A DNA stretch of 64,000 bases from Polyangiaceae bacterium (GCA_044376115.1 JBILLK010000017.1:154501-218500), one strand, 5' to 3'. Positions 9,915 to 20,118 are shown, counted from the first letter of the stretch. The notes: generated by a model not told the origin, from the sequence alone. Program-made: numbers and translations.

Positions 9915-11812
9915 ATTGGTCCCGTCCTTGTGTCAGCGCTGCATTATTAGCCACTCTACAGCTGGGCATGCCAAGCCTCGCGGAGGCGCACCCGTTCTTC
10001 GAGCGCTACTTAGTATGCAATCTGGACGACGAGGAGGTGACGCCAGAATCGGCCCCCGCCGTCGCCGACACGGGAGAGTTCGCTCCGCTGCCGCGACGGA
10101 GGTACGTCCCTGAGTTCGAGCCCACCCCGATCGTTATCGCAGATCTGCTGCAACCCAATCCGATTGGAACGGGCTCGCAGGGCCCGTCCATCGCCACGAC
10201 TACCTTCCAGTCCCAGGCCGGCAGCCTCGACTATCGCTGTATTGGCCTCCCGCGGGGGAAGGCAGGGATGCTGCGGGTGGTGGGCGGCCCAATGTTGAAG
10301 CGGTACCGCGGAGAGCCTCAGGTGTTCACCACCATCATTCGGCACGCGGCGGCAGCCGGTGTTTTCAACGTTCGAGAAACCCTGCCTGCCATACGCGCCA
10401 AGTTCGAGCGACCCATCCCCGATTCACTGGAGCCTTGGATGGAGGGCGAGCGTTTGCACCTCAAGGTAGCGCTCTCCAAGGTGTTGGCCGACTTTGGGGA
10501 TCGCTCGAGCGCACGCGCGATTCGCGACTTCCTGATTGAGCGGGAGGGCCAGAATTACCCCGGCTACTGGGAAGACACGCTCGAGTCGCTCGCTCGGCTC
10601 GATCCAGAGCTCGCAACCGAGTACGCCAAAGAAGCGCTGGAGCGCATCGCCAAAACCCAGGCCCCAGGCGTCGCAGAAGAGAATCGGCTGCGCAAGCTGC
10701 TACCTCTGCTGAACAAGCCCGACGCCGCAGCGCTCTCGGTGCTGACGCGCTTGCACCATCGCAAAGACCCGAAGGAAGAGGGCCACAGCCATGAAGACTG
10801 CTTGCTGATGCAGGCGCGGATTCGTTCGGGGGATACCACTCTTGCGCAAGCGATTGCGCCGGACCTGGCCGGCAATCTGCTGACCCAAAGGGGCGCCAAC
10901 TGCTACAACGAACTGATTGAGGTCATCTTCCCAGGCTCCTCCAGCGCCGAGGTCGATACCCTCTTATACCGCGTTCGCTATGAGAGCCTGTTGCGCTTGG
11001 TCATCCGCATGCGCCAGGAAGACAGCGCGGAGGCCCGCAAGGCCAAACAGAAGATCTTGGCCTGGCTCACCGAGCGCTTGCAACTACCGGAGATCGGCGG
11101 CGGCGCAGGAGATCGCCGCTACAACCTGGAGGCCCGCGCCATTCACCTGGCGCTGATGGTCGCGCTAGGCGCCAAGAACCAGGAGAAGGTGCTCTTCGAT
11201 CTGATCCGTGACCCAGCGGATGAATCGACGGGCCCTTGGCTCGCCGTGATCGCCGCCCTTGATCTCGGGCTCGCTGGCGCAGAGGACGCCGCCGTCGAAC
11301 GACTGCGCCTCGCACATACCCACGACACCCAACGCTTCAGTCGGGATTCCTGGCCGGAGCGCGGAGACATCACCGCTACCGAACACGGCCAGGTGGTCGA
11401 CCGCTTGGTCGAAAGAAACCATGAGGGCTTCGTACTCGGTCTTTTGGACCGCCAGATCAACACCCGGCACCTCACCGCGTATCACCTCGCCCGAAAGCTG
11501 CCGGCCTCGGCTTGCAAGACCGTCGTCGCGGCCGCACAGGGCGCTTCAGACGACGCCATTCGCGACGCATTTTGGGTGCTCACCGTGCTCGGCGACGAAT
11601 GTCGAGACGAGTTTGAAACGGCGTCACTGAGCCGGCAAACCACCGAGGATGCTCGCAGCATGGCCATTGAGGCCCGGGCGATGTTGCGCACTCCCAAGGA
11701 CAAAGACCAGAGCACGCCCTTCGGCAAGCTAATGCTCACTCCTCCCGCCAAATACGGGACCCCCAGAGCCGCCTGGGAGCGGGCTCGGGACACGCTCCGC
11801 TCGCGTGATTGA
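9911..11812 (+). CDS. Hypothetical secreted alpha-helical (HEAT/ARM-like) protein
   Basis: Signal peptide ending LAEA; helical Leu/Ala-rich repeats; ATGA overlap with the upstream gene. Confidence 0.7.
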   Translation: MNWSRPCVSAALLATLQLGMPSLAEAHPFFERYLVCNLDDEEVTPESAPAVADTGEFAPLPRRRYVPEFEPTPIVIADLLQPNPIGTGSQGPSIATTTFQSQAGSLDYRCIGLPRGKAGMLRVVGGPMLKRYRGEPQVFTTIIRHAAAAGVFNVRETLPAIRAKFERPIPDSLEPWMEGERLHLKVALSKVLADFGDRSSARAIRDFLIEREGQNYPGYWEDTLESLARLDPELATEYAKEALERIAKTQAPGVAEENRLRKLLPLLNKPDAAALSVLTRLHHRKDPKEEGHSHEDCLLMQARIRSGDTTLAQAIAPDLAGNLLTQRGANCYNELIEVIFPGSSSAEVDTLLYRVRYESLLRLVIRMRQEDSAEARKAKQKILAWLTERLQLPEIGGGAGDRRYNLEARAIHLALMVALGAKNQEKVLFDLIRDPADESTGPWLAVIAALDLGLAGAEDAAVERLRLAHTHDTQRFSRDSWPERGDITATEHGQVVDRLVERNHEGFVLGLLDRQINTRHLTAYHLARKLPASACKTVVAAAQGASDDAIRDAFWVLTVLGDECRDEFETASLSRQTTEDARSMAIEARAMLRTPKDKDQSTPFGKLMLTPPAKYGTPRAAWERARDTLRSRD

Positions 11813-11839
11813 TTGTCGCTCTGGTAGGCTGGCGGCCAC

Positions 11840-14062
11840 ATGGCTGAGACCCACTCCACCTTCTGTAGAATCTGTGAGGCCTTGTGCGGGCTCGAAGTCG
11901 ACGTCGAGGGCAACACCGTCGTCGATATTCGGCCTGACGATAAACATGTAGCCACCCGTGGGTTCGGCTGCTTGAAGGGCCTCAAGCAGCACAAGATGTA
12001 TGCCTCGCCCGACAGGCTCACCCAGCCCGAGGCTCGCGTCGGTAGCAGCTGGAGCAAGGTCTCCTGGGAGCAGGCGCTGAGCGGCATTGGCGCGCAGGTC
12101 CGCAGCATTCGTGATCGCCACGGACCTGACGCGATTGCCATGTACGTCGGAACAGCCGCTGGCTTTTCGGCACTGCACCCCATCTTTGCGCAGGGCTTCA
12201 TGACTGGCCTGGGCTCGAGGAGCCTCTACTCATCATCGACGCAAGACTGCGCCAACAAGTTTGCCGTCTCCCGCATGATGTACGGCTTTCCGTTCACCTT
12301 GCCGTTCCCCGACGTGCGCCGCACCAACTGCCTCATCATCGTAGGGGCCAACCCGGTGGTCTCCAAGTGGAGCTTCCTGCAGGTACCCAATCCCACCCAG
12401 CACCTGCGGGAGATCACAGCGCGTGGCGGAAAGGTCTGGGTGGTAGATCCGCGCCGCACCGAGACGGCCAAAGCCACTGGGGAGCACGTCTTCATTCGGC
12501 CGAACACCGACGTGTTCTTCTACCTATCGTTTTTGCACGAGGTGCTGAAGAGCAACAAGCTCGCTGAGGCTCGCATTCACCAGCACATGAAGGGCTTCGC
12601 TGCACTTGCGCCGCTGGTGCGGGACTACCCCGCAGAGCGCACGAGCGCGGTTACGACCGTTGCCCCTGACATCCTCAAGCGAATGGTGGCTGACTTCCTA
12701 GCAGCTGATGGGGCAGCACTGTACTCGTCAACGGGCGTCAATATGGGCTCAGACGGCTCCCTCTGCTATTGGCTGCAGGAAGTCATCAACGCCATCACCG
12801 GCAACCTGGATCGGCACGGCGGCACGCTAGTCGGTCGGGGCGTCTTTGACTTTCCCAAGATGGGGAAGAAGTCCGGCACGCTCATGCGCAATGACACCTC
12901 GCGCGTTGGCGGCTTGCCGAGCGTAAACGACGCCTTCCCTGGTGGGGTCCTGGCAGACGAGATCCTGACTGAAGGGCCCAAACAGGTCCGGGCGCTGTTC
13001 GTAACGGGTGGTAACCCGCTCATCACCATGCCCAACAGCGGCAAGCTTCGCCGTGCATTCGAGAAGCTGGAGCTCTTGGTCACGCTCGACATCTACAAGA
13101 ATGAGACCGGCTCCCTGGCTCATTATCTATTACCGGCTACGTCCCCCTTCGAGCGAGCGGACTTACCCTTTATCTTTCCGTTTGCTTTGGGCTTGCAAGC
13201 CAAGCCCTACACCCAAGCAACGCGAGCCTTGATCAAACCCGAGGGGCTGCAGCGAGATGAAGCGACGATCTACGTCGATCTGTGTAAAGCGGCAGGGATC
13301 TCGCTATTTGGCTCGCGTGCAGCGCAGAAGCTGCTCGAGGGCCTGCGGTCTTCCTGGAGCCCGCTCAAGAAGGGCGCAGTAGCAGATGGCTTGCCGCAAG
13401 AAACGTTGCTCGCAATGATGCTGAGAGCGGCCGGCGGCGGGAGCTTTGAAGAGCTGCTGCGGCATAAACACGGGCGCGAACGCGCCGATCATCAGCCGGC
13501 AGACTTCCTGGGCAGCCGAGTGCTCACCGACGATGGCAAGGTGGATCTAGCGCCTGCGGCGCTGATGGAGAAGGCCAAGCAGTTACCCCAGCGCTTCGAA
13601 CTGGAAGACAAAGATCGACGGCGGCTGAAGCTAATCACCAAGCGTGCGATCACCACGCACAACTCATGGACCCACAACCTGCCCGAGTTCGTCGACAAAG
13701 ACAGGACGACCAACTACCTCTATATGCATCCGGAGGATGCAGCGGCGCTCGGCCTCGCCGAAGGCGCCTACGCCGACGTATCCACCGCAGCTGCTACCGT
13801 GCGTATCCCGGTAAAGCTTCACAAGGAGCTCATGCGCGGCACCGTCGCTATTCCCCACGGCTGGGGGCATCAACACGCGACAGGGTTATCCGTTGCGAAC
13901 AAGACGACCGGAGTAAACGTCAATCTACTCGCGCTCGATGGTCCGGAGAATCTGGAGAGCATTTCGGGGATGGCCCACCTCTCCGGCTTTAACGTGGATA
14001 TTGTTCCAGCGGCTGGCCCACTCGACCCAACCTCTTGGTCGGGTCTGCCTGCTGCGGAATGA
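11840..14062 (+). CDS. Molybdopterin-dependent oxidoreductase, catalytic subunit (DMSO-reductase superfamily)
   Basis: N-terminal CRICEALC...GCLKG [4Fe-4S] motif, IVGANP, VVDPRRTETA, GGNP, C-terminal MHPEDA...IPHGWG; no signal peptide. Confidence 0.93.
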   Translation: MAETHSTFCRICEALCGLEVDVEGNTVVDIRPDDKHVATRGFGCLKGLKQHKMYASPDRLTQPEARVGSSWSKVSWEQALSGIGAQVRSIRDRHGPDAIAMYVGTAAGFSALHPIFAQGFMTGLGSRSLYSSSTQDCANKFAVSRMMYGFPFTLPFPDVRRTNCLIIVGANPVVSKWSFLQVPNPTQHLREITARGGKVWVVDPRRTETAKATGEHVFIRPNTDVFFYLSFLHEVLKSNKLAEARIHQHMKGFAALAPLVRDYPAERTSAVTTVAPDILKRMVADFLAADGAALYSSTGVNMGSDGSLCYWLQEVINAITGNLDRHGGTLVGRGVFDFPKMGKKSGTLMRNDTSRVGGLPSVNDAFPGGVLADEILTEGPKQVRALFVTGGNPLITMPNSGKLRRAFEKLELLVTLDIYKNETGSLAHYLLPATSPFERADLPFIFPFALGLQAKPYTQATRALIKPEGLQRDEATIYVDLCKAAGISLFGSRAAQKLLEGLRSSWSPLKKGAVADGLPQETLLAMMLRAAGGGSFEELLRHKHGRERADHQPADFLGSRVLTDDGKVDLAPAALMEKAKQLPQRFELEDKDRRRLKLITKRAITTHNSWTHNLPEFVDKDRTTNYLYMHPEDAAALGLAEGAYADVSTAAATVRIPVKLHKELMRGTVAIPHGWGHQHATGLSVANKTTGVNVNLLALDGPENLESISGMAHLSGFNVDIVPAAGPLDPTSWSGLPAAE

Positions 14063-14078
14063 GCGCACGGGAAAGGGC

Positions 14079-16019
14079 CTATTCGAGCAAGACGGAGAGG
14101 CTGAGCGCCGGCCTATCGCCTGCGTTCCCCCCAACCGCGAAGACCAACTGGTGATTACCCTTGTCGCCTAGCTTGCTCAGCAAGCCGAGCACCGTCTCGT
14201 TTTCACCGGGCCCTCCGAGCACAGAAAGTCGACGCACGAGCTCCGCGACCGAGGCGAAGCCCCCGGACACGTTGTCGCGCAAAAGCAGCCCGAGATCGCT
14301 GCGTGCAGCTAGCGTTTCTGAGGCCGGCGCGCCCCGTTGGCTGGCAAGCAACTTGGACTTGAGCACGCCTGGGTCCGCCGAGAGACCCCAGAGATAGCGC
14401 CCCGCCCCATCAGGGATGATGGCGATGAACAGCGGTAACGACCCCCGAACCACCGCCTTCTTCGCCTGAGGCTGAGCCACGGGCGCTTCGCTATCGTCCA
14501 ATGGATCGGCGAGATCCTCGTTATCGAAGCCAAACTGCACCTCGATCAGCGCCGAGCCCTTGGGGTAGCCCATCGGATTTCGCGAGACGCGGAACTTCGG
14601 CTCAAAGCGATCGAGCGCCTCTCGCTCAGCTTTGAGCGCGGCCTTCCTATTGGATGGCGCACTCCTCAAACGTCGGTCGGCCTCGGCCTTTCGAATGGCG
14701 GCAAAACGCTTCACCGCATCGATCCCTCGCTCAAAGAAGGTGAGCAGCTCCTTGGGCTCTCCGCCAACCGCGAACACTGACCAACCCAGCGCTTGACGAT
14801 ACCTCGCCTCAAACTGCTGGACCTCCTCCTGCGGGGTTGGCGGCACCGAAGCAGGCTTGGCCAGGGTCACCGGGACCGAGCCGAAGGCCCACGCCCACTC
14901 CCCGTCCAGGTGAGGGAGGGCCGGAATCAACGCCGCAAAAGACCGTGCGTCGGCGGCCCGCATGCGCCCATCCGATTGTGTCGCGAGCAGCTCGATTCCC
15001 TTCGTCCAAGCGTGCTCAATGAAGGCTCGTGGTTCCACGAACTGGCTCTGCTGAAAGCCGCGTCCAAAAAAGGCGCCCTCAGAATCCTTCGGCAGCTGCA
15101 TGAAGATCCCAGGCGGGGGACCTTGCCGCAGATCATCGGCCCAAAGGCGAGTCAGCCATGATTCTTTACTGCGATATTGGAGTTCAGCATTCAGGGCTAG
15201 GCGACCCGTCCCCTCGTCCAGGCGAAGGCTAGCCTGCAAGGTACCCAAATCGCTGAGGCCGGCCAGGAGCTGTTGCCCACCGCTAACCAGCTTGGCGCTC
15301 ATCGGTGGCTCCTTGAAGACGGGTGAAACCAGCTCGCCTGCGAGCAGCCCAAGTTGCTCATTGAGGACAACCGTCAATTTGGGCTTGAGGTCGGCGTTGA
15401 GTGGCGCAAAATCTAGGCTTAGCTGAAGGTCCTCGCTCGGCTTGGTTAGCGCGGTAGAGGAGAGCCAGGGGCCAACCTCCCTGAGCGTGGGTTCTGAATT
15501 ACTACATAGTAGTCGGCTGGCGTGCTCGCCTTCTGCCCATAGCACACACACCTGCTCATCCCTCACGATGCGAGTACGCTCGGTGCGCTCAACGGTGGCG
15601 CCCTTCTTGGCTACGAAATCGAGGAACTCGGCGGTGTTCGGCTTCAAAGGCAGGCTAACCACGGCTGACAACTGCGGCAAAACGCCCTGATCGGACTGCG
15701 GAGCCACAAACACGGCCAGCTCGACGCTCTCTGCAAAGTCGATGAACGTGCCAGCACCGGCCGAGGGCCCCTCGAGCTCGTTCGCTAAATCCACTGGCAG
15801 AGAATAGACGCTAGCGAGCGCCCGCCAGCTCTTCTCGGGACGGAAAGCGCGTACCAACATAACCAAAGACTGCGGGGCTGGGACCGGCACCCGCTCAACC
15901 TGCTCGTCAACAACAGGGCTTGGTGGTTTAGGTACCGGCCGAGCGACCTCGCTCACCGACGTAGTAGCGCAAGCAGCGCTGAGGACCAGAGGCGCAAGGC
16001 GCAAGGCGAGGCGAGACAT
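14079..16019 (-). CDS. Hypothetical lipoprotein
   Basis: MSRLALRLAPLVLSAAC lipobox-like; 646 aa. Confidence 0.7.
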   Translation of the reverse strand: MSRLALRLAPLVLSAACATTSVSEVARPVPKPPSPVVDEQVERVPVPAPQSLVMLVRAFRPEKSWRALASVYSLPVDLANELEGPSAGAGTFIDFAESVELAVFVAPQSDQGVLPQLSAVVSLPLKPNTAEFLDFVAKKGATVERTERTRIVRDEQVCVLWAEGEHASRLLCSNSEPTLREVGPWLSSTALTKPSEDLQLSLDFAPLNADLKPKLTVVLNEQLGLLAGELVSPVFKEPPMSAKLVSGGQQLLAGLSDLGTLQASLRLDEGTGRLALNAELQYRSKESWLTRLWADDLRQGPPPGIFMQLPKDSEGAFFGRGFQQSQFVEPRAFIEHAWTKGIELLATQSDGRMRAADARSFAALIPALPHLDGEWAWAFGSVPVTLAKPASVPPTPQEEVQQFEARYRQALGWSVFAVGGEPKELLTFFERGIDAVKRFAAIRKAEADRRLRSAPSNRKAALKAEREALDRFEPKFRVSRNPMGYPKGSALIEVQFGFDNEDLADPLDDSEAPVAQPQAKKAVVRGSLPLFIAIIPDGAGRYLWGLSADPGVLKSKLLASQRGAPASETLAARSDLGLLLRDNVSGGFASVAELVRRLSVLGGPGENETVLGLLSKLGDKGNHQLVFAVGGNAGDRPALSLSVLLE

Positions 16020-16161
16020 GAAGGCACGCTAGCGAAGTCGCACCCTCCGCGCACCTCTCGTAGGAAGCAGCGGACCGGTGGCTCTGGTATGGTTGGCGGG
16101 TGAGCCACTGCACATCGGCCAACCGCAAAAGAGCGTCGCAGCAGACGCCAAACGAGGCGCA

Positions 16162-16497
16162 GTGAAGCTTGTTGCTAGAGTGCCGCTGGCTGAGTTCGAG
16201 CAGCAAGCCATCGTGCGCGTCACCTATCCCCCGTACGACGTGGTGGTGGTCAAGACCGAGCACGGCTTTCACGCGCTGGAAGACGCATGCAACCATGCCG
16301 GGGCGAGCTTGTCCGAAGGCTGGGTGGAGGACGGTTGTCTGATGTGCCCCGTTCACGCCTACGCGTTCAACCTCGAGACCGGCGCGCTCGTACGCCCCAA
16401 AGGGCTTTGTGCAGACCAGCGCACGTTTCAGACTCGCACGGAGGGGAAGGATCTCGTGGTCTACGATCCTTTCAAGCTCGTGCTCATCGGCACCTGA
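16162..16497 (+). CDS. Rieske (2Fe-2S) ferredoxin
   Basis: CNH...CPVH motif; GTG 16162 preceded by GAGG. Confidence 0.9.
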   Translation: MKLVARVPLAEFEQQAIVRVTYPPYDVVVVKTEHGFHALEDACNHAGASLSEGWVEDGCLMCPVHAYAFNLETGALVRPKGLCADQRTFQTRTEGKDLVVYDPFKLVLIGT

Positions 16498-16508
16498 GCG
16501 CAGTGAAG

Positions 16509-17075
16509 CTAGCGGCGCGGAGCGTGTTTGGAGAGTTTTCTCTGCAAGGAGCGTCGGTGCATTCCTAGTTTGCGCGCGGCATCCGAGACATTCCCGCCGC
16601 AGTCACCCAAGACCCGTTGCAGGTACTCCCACTCCACCCGCTCTAGCGTGGGAATTGGATCGTTCTCGCGACCCAGTGTAGCCAAAGACTGACGCTCGGA
16701 CCCTTTGCGAAAGCCGAGCAGGGCGCGCTCGCAGAGCTCCGCTGTAACGGGCTTCGTCAGATAGTCGGCCGCACCAGCCTTCATCGCCGAGACGGCGTCG
16801 GAGATGGAACCATAACCAGTAAACACGACGATGCGCGTCCCCTCGTCCAGCTCACGCAGCTTCGGGAGTAACTCAAGGCCGGTGCGGCCCGGCATGCGGA
16901 CATCGATCAAGGCGTATTCAAAAGAGTGCTGGGTGGCCAACGCAACGGCCGTATCAAAGCTGCGCGCGGTCTCCACTGCAAAGCCACGCTCGGTCAGGGT
17001 ACGCGCCAAGGCCGTGCGGAAGGCATCGTCGTCGTCGACAATGAGCAGCGAGGGGCTATCGGGCGTCTCAACCAT
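16509..17075 (-). CDS. regA: RegA/PrrA family response regulator
   Basis: Receiver (IVDDD, DVRMP, TGYGSI, YLTKP) + GNVSDAARKLGMHRRSLQRKL HTH. Confidence 0.92.
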   Translation of the reverse strand: MVETPDSPSLLIVDDDDAFRTALARTLTERGFAVETARSFDTAVALATQHSFEYALIDVRMPGRTGLELLPKLRELDEGTRIVVFTGYGSISDAVSAMKAGAADYLTKPVTAELCERALLGFRKGSERQSLATLGRENDPIPTLERVEWEYLQRVLGDCGGNVSDAARKLGMHRRSLQRKLSKHAPRR

Positions 17076-17076
17076 A

Positions 17077-18426
17077 CTAGTGAGCTGGCTCGCCGAGTGG
17101 CGTCAGGAGGGAATCAACGCTGACCGCTTTAGGTGCAGAGGAAGGCTTGTCGGCGAGACCGGGCGCTGCCCCAAACGCCAATACGACGCGGGTGCCGCTC
17201 GGCTGATTCGGTTCAATGCTCAGCGTTCCACCAGCTTGCTCAAACAAGGTACGAATCACGAACAGACCAAGTCCCATCCCTTCACCGGGATCTTTGGTTG
17301 AGACGAACGGCTCACCCAAGCGATCAACGACAGCGCCGTCAACCCCGCTACCATTGTCCTCCACGACCAGACACGGCCCAGTAGCGCCACAGCTCACGAG
17401 CACACGCACTTCACCCGTCTCCGCTGGTACCGCAGCTAACGCATTATCGAGCAGAACAGAAAGCGCTGCCTCAACGTCATTGGAGCCCATCGGAACGACG
17501 GAGTCCGTAGCGACCTCCACACTCGCTCGAGCCCGCGGGTGCGCGCGCAGCCATGTTCGAACAGCTTGAGGAACCACCTCGCCCAAGCGACAGCCGTGAG
17601 CGAGCTCCTTCTTCGCCCCAGGGCGCATGCGGGTCAGCACCTCTCGACAGCGAGCAACCTCATTGACGATCGACTCGGCGCGCTCCCGCGTGAACTCATT
17701 GTGCGATAGCTCCTCCGCCAAGACCGCAATCGTCGAGAGCGGGGTACCGAGTTCGTGGGCGGTGCCCGCGGCCAACGTCCCGAGCGCTACGAAGCGCGCC
17801 GCGTCGGCTTGCTCTTTGCGCAGCTGCTCGATCTCTTGTTGGTGCGCGATCAGCGCCTTGCGCACGCGCGTTAGGAAGAAGGCCGACAGCAGCGCTCCCA
17901 CCGCGAAGGCGACCCACATCCCGTAAAAGTGGTCCGCCATATCCATGGTAGGGGCGTGACAACTTGGGTCGCTCGGCAACAGGAACAGCGACCCAAACGT
18001 GATCGCCGAGAATGCTGCTAACAAGAACGTACGCAAAGGAGACAAAAGGGAAGCGGCCAAAGCCACATAGGCAAAAAGCACTGCCGTGAAGGGGTTGGCA
18101 GCACCGCCAGAAGCGCCGAGCACGACCGCGAAGGCCACGATATCCGCCGCCGCATAACCAAGGACCAGCCACTCCGAGCCGAGCCGAGCGCCCTTGAACA
18201 AGTTGCTCGAGGCGATCACCTCCACAACGACGAGCAGCGCAATCGGTGGCAAGCCCCACGCAAAAGACACCTGCAGCCCAAGCCAATACTCCGACAGAAG
18301 GAGCACGCCGAGCGCGACCAAGACCACCACGCGGCGCAGCGCTGAAAACCACTTAGCCAGGTCGACGTTAAGGACTGCCATGCTCATACGTTGATCTTCA
18401 ATGGCTCGGATCTCTTGCCATGCCAA
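17077..18426 (-). CDS. regB: RegB/PrrB family sensor histidine kinase
   Basis: About six TM helices, GGAANPF quinone-site motif, AHELGTPLSTI H-box, RC redox cysteine, GMGLGLF; start uncertain (TTG 18426 or a downstream ATG). Confidence 0.92.
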   Translation of the reverse strand: MAWQEIRAIEDQRMSMAVLNVDLAKWFSALRRVVVLVALGVLLLSEYWLGLQVSFAWGLPPIALLVVVEVIASSNLFKGARLGSEWLVLGYAAADIVAFAVVLGASGGAANPFTAVLFAYVALAASLLSPLRTFLLAAFSAITFGSLFLLPSDPSCHAPTMDMADHFYGMWVAFAVGALLSAFFLTRVRKALIAHQQEIEQLRKEQADAARFVALGTLAAGTAHELGTPLSTIAVLAEELSHNEFTRERAESIVNEVARCREVLTRMRPGAKKELAHGCRLGEVVPQAVRTWLRAHPRARASVEVATDSVVPMGSNDVEAALSVLLDNALAAVPAETGEVRVLVSCGATGPCLVVEDNGSGVDGAVVDRLGEPFVSTKDPGEGMGLGLFVIRTLFEQAGGTLSIEPNQPSGTRVVLAFGAAPGLADKPSSAPKAVSVDSLLTPLGEPAH

Positions 18427-18432
18427 GCGCGG

Positions 18433-18840
18433 TCATTGAACCTCGAGCACGAACTGGCAGGAATCTGACACCTCACCTTCGACGACTACGTCCACCAACC
18501 AGCGGCCAGGCATCGAGAAAACCACCTCGGCCTCGTAGCCTCGCTCGGTAGGCAGCACCTCGGCTTGCACGCCGTGGTGCCCCATATCCGGCATGTGGGT
18601 CTCCACCATGATCGATTCGACTTGTACGGGGTTACCATCCTCAAGCACTTCAAGCTCGAGTGTATTGAGACCTTCCGAGAGCGAGTCCGCGCTCAACTCG
18701 AAGGTGAGCGCCCGTGATTTTCCTGGCATCTCTTGGGTAAAAGGCAGCTCGTCCGGCTCTGCGCCAGAGCAGCCGCTCGAGAGCAGCGCTAGCGCAGCCA
18801 GAGCTGCAAGCGTGAGCGACTTCACCTGCAATCGATTCAT
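18433..18840 (-). CDS. FixH/YtkA-like lipoprotein
   Basis: Lipobox SSGC; HMPDMGHHG and FSMPGRW motifs; TGATG coupling to the upstream gene. Confidence 0.85.
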   Translation of the reverse strand: MNRLQVKSLTLAALAALALLSSGCSGAEPDELPFTQEMPGKSRALTFELSADSLSEGLNTLELEVLEDGNPVQVESIMVETHMPDMGHHGVQAEVLPTERGYEAEVVFSMPGRWLVDVVVEGEVSDSCQFVLEVQ

Positions 18841-19724
18841 CACTGCAAAACTCCAATCCGTAAACCCAAGCCGGCCCGAACAGCGGCTGACTCTGCAAAG
18901 GTGAGACCATTGATAGGTAACTGAGACCGAAGATCCCCTACCAGGCTGACCGTAGGACTCAGATCCACAAACGGGGAGAGCGAGAACTCTGCACGCTGCC
19001 GGTTCGACGGTTCAAGATCCATATCGAAGGAGAACCCGGCAATCACCGTCACCGGATCAAAGAGCACGCCCACGGCCGGCCCGACCAAGACGCGCGGAGC
19101 TCTGCGCGCGCGCGACTCATCCCCTGAGGCCACGAAGAAGGTCATCGCCGAGATGGCACGCGCGTGAAAATACTCGCCTAGCGTTTTTTCGAGGGTTGCC
19201 GTGAACGTAAACTCGCCCCGCCCTTGCCCGGTCGTGTCGGCGCCCAAGTTCGACTCAGAGGCCCGCGGAGGGGCTCCGGTAGGCAAGGTCACGCCGCCGG
19301 TCAGCGCAACCCCTGGAGCATAACGGTCTGCGAACTGTGAGTAGAGCAGCCAGGTAGCGAAGGCGCTCGTGTCACCAAACCCAAATCCCGTTTCACTCTG
19401 AACGCCCTGCGCTTCTCGGAAGTTGAAGACCAACGGAACGGCCGCCCCCAACTCGAACTTGGGCGCTACGCGCACGACGCATGAGCTCACCCACTCTGCT
19501 GTGAGGTCGGTCGAACCACGATTGGCGGTGAACAGGCCTTCCTGGTCGAATGAGCCGTAGCGCACACGCACCGACGGCCGCAACGCCGTCATGAACAGCT
19601 CGGTCTCGCCTAGCCGGTCACCCACCGAAGCTTCACCACAGCAAGCCGCTGCGTGGGCCTCATGACAGGGTGCCAACGCGCCGATCAGCGCGAGCACGGC
19701 AGCAGCGGTCAAACGAGCTAACAC
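18840..19724 (-). CDS. Outer-membrane beta-barrel 'transporter'-like protein with N-terminal CC motif
   Basis: Signal peptide AHA followed by AACCG; GFGFGDT and GVTLPTG motifs as in MetA-pathway-like barrels. Confidence 0.7.
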   Translation of the reverse strand: MLARLTAAAVLALIGALAPCHEAHAAACCGEASVGDRLGETELFMTALRPSVRVRYGSFDQEGLFTANRGSTDLTAEWVSSCVVRVAPKFELGAAVPLVFNFREAQGVQSETGFGFGDTSAFATWLLYSQFADRYAPGVALTGGVTLPTGAPPRASESNLGADTTGQGRGEFTFTATLEKTLGEYFHARAISAMTFFVASGDESRARRAPRVLVGPAVGVLFDPVTVIAGFSFDMDLEPSNRQRAEFSLSPFVDLSPTVSLVGDLRSQLPINGLTFAESAAVRAGLGLRIGVLQ

Positions 19725-19789
19725 TTGTCCTTCAACCGAAGCCTGCCGCTACTCGCGTCCTTGTCGACCGAGAAGAACCACCGCTGGCG

Positions 19790-20020
19790 TCACTCGCATT
19801 CAGCCCTGCAAGCCGCTTCCATCTCGAGGCACATGTCCTCGGTGGTCGCGGCGTCCTCGGCGGTCTCATGGCAGTCAATCCCTGCATCGGTCGTCGAGTC
19901 GTGACAAAGCTCCCCGAGCGCTTCGCAGGTGGGCCGCTCTTCCGCCGTGTCATCACCGCAGCCGACGAGCAAAAAGATCGAAAGGGAGCCAAAGAAAACC
20001 ATCGTTGCACGGCTAAACAT
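19790..20020 (-). CDS. Small acidic Cys/His-rich lipoprotein
   Basis: MFSRATMVFFGSLSIFLLVGC lipobox; C-x6-CH-x9-CH...C-x6-C-x3-C. Confidence 0.7.
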   Translation of the reverse strand: MFSRATMVFFGSLSIFLLVGCGDDTAEERPTCEALGELCHDSTTDAGIDCHETAEDAATTEDMCLEMEAACRAECE

Positions 20021-20118
20021 CGGCCCACCTTTGCACAATCCAAAGGCTGCCCGAATGCGTCACGATGTCGCAGCTCCGCGCTACCGCGCCTGGCGAAGGC
20101 CTCGCTCAGGGATCGGCT

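Noticed and set aside
14062..14081. Possible read-through of the TAG ending the 646-aa lipoprotein
   Set aside because: Extension would run into the convergent molybdoenzyme gene; no supporting motif or structure
19732..19792. Possible Sec read-through at the TGA ending the Cys-rich mini-lipoprotein
   Set aside because: Frame closes about 24 codons later with no recognisable sequence or convincing SECIS-like hairpin
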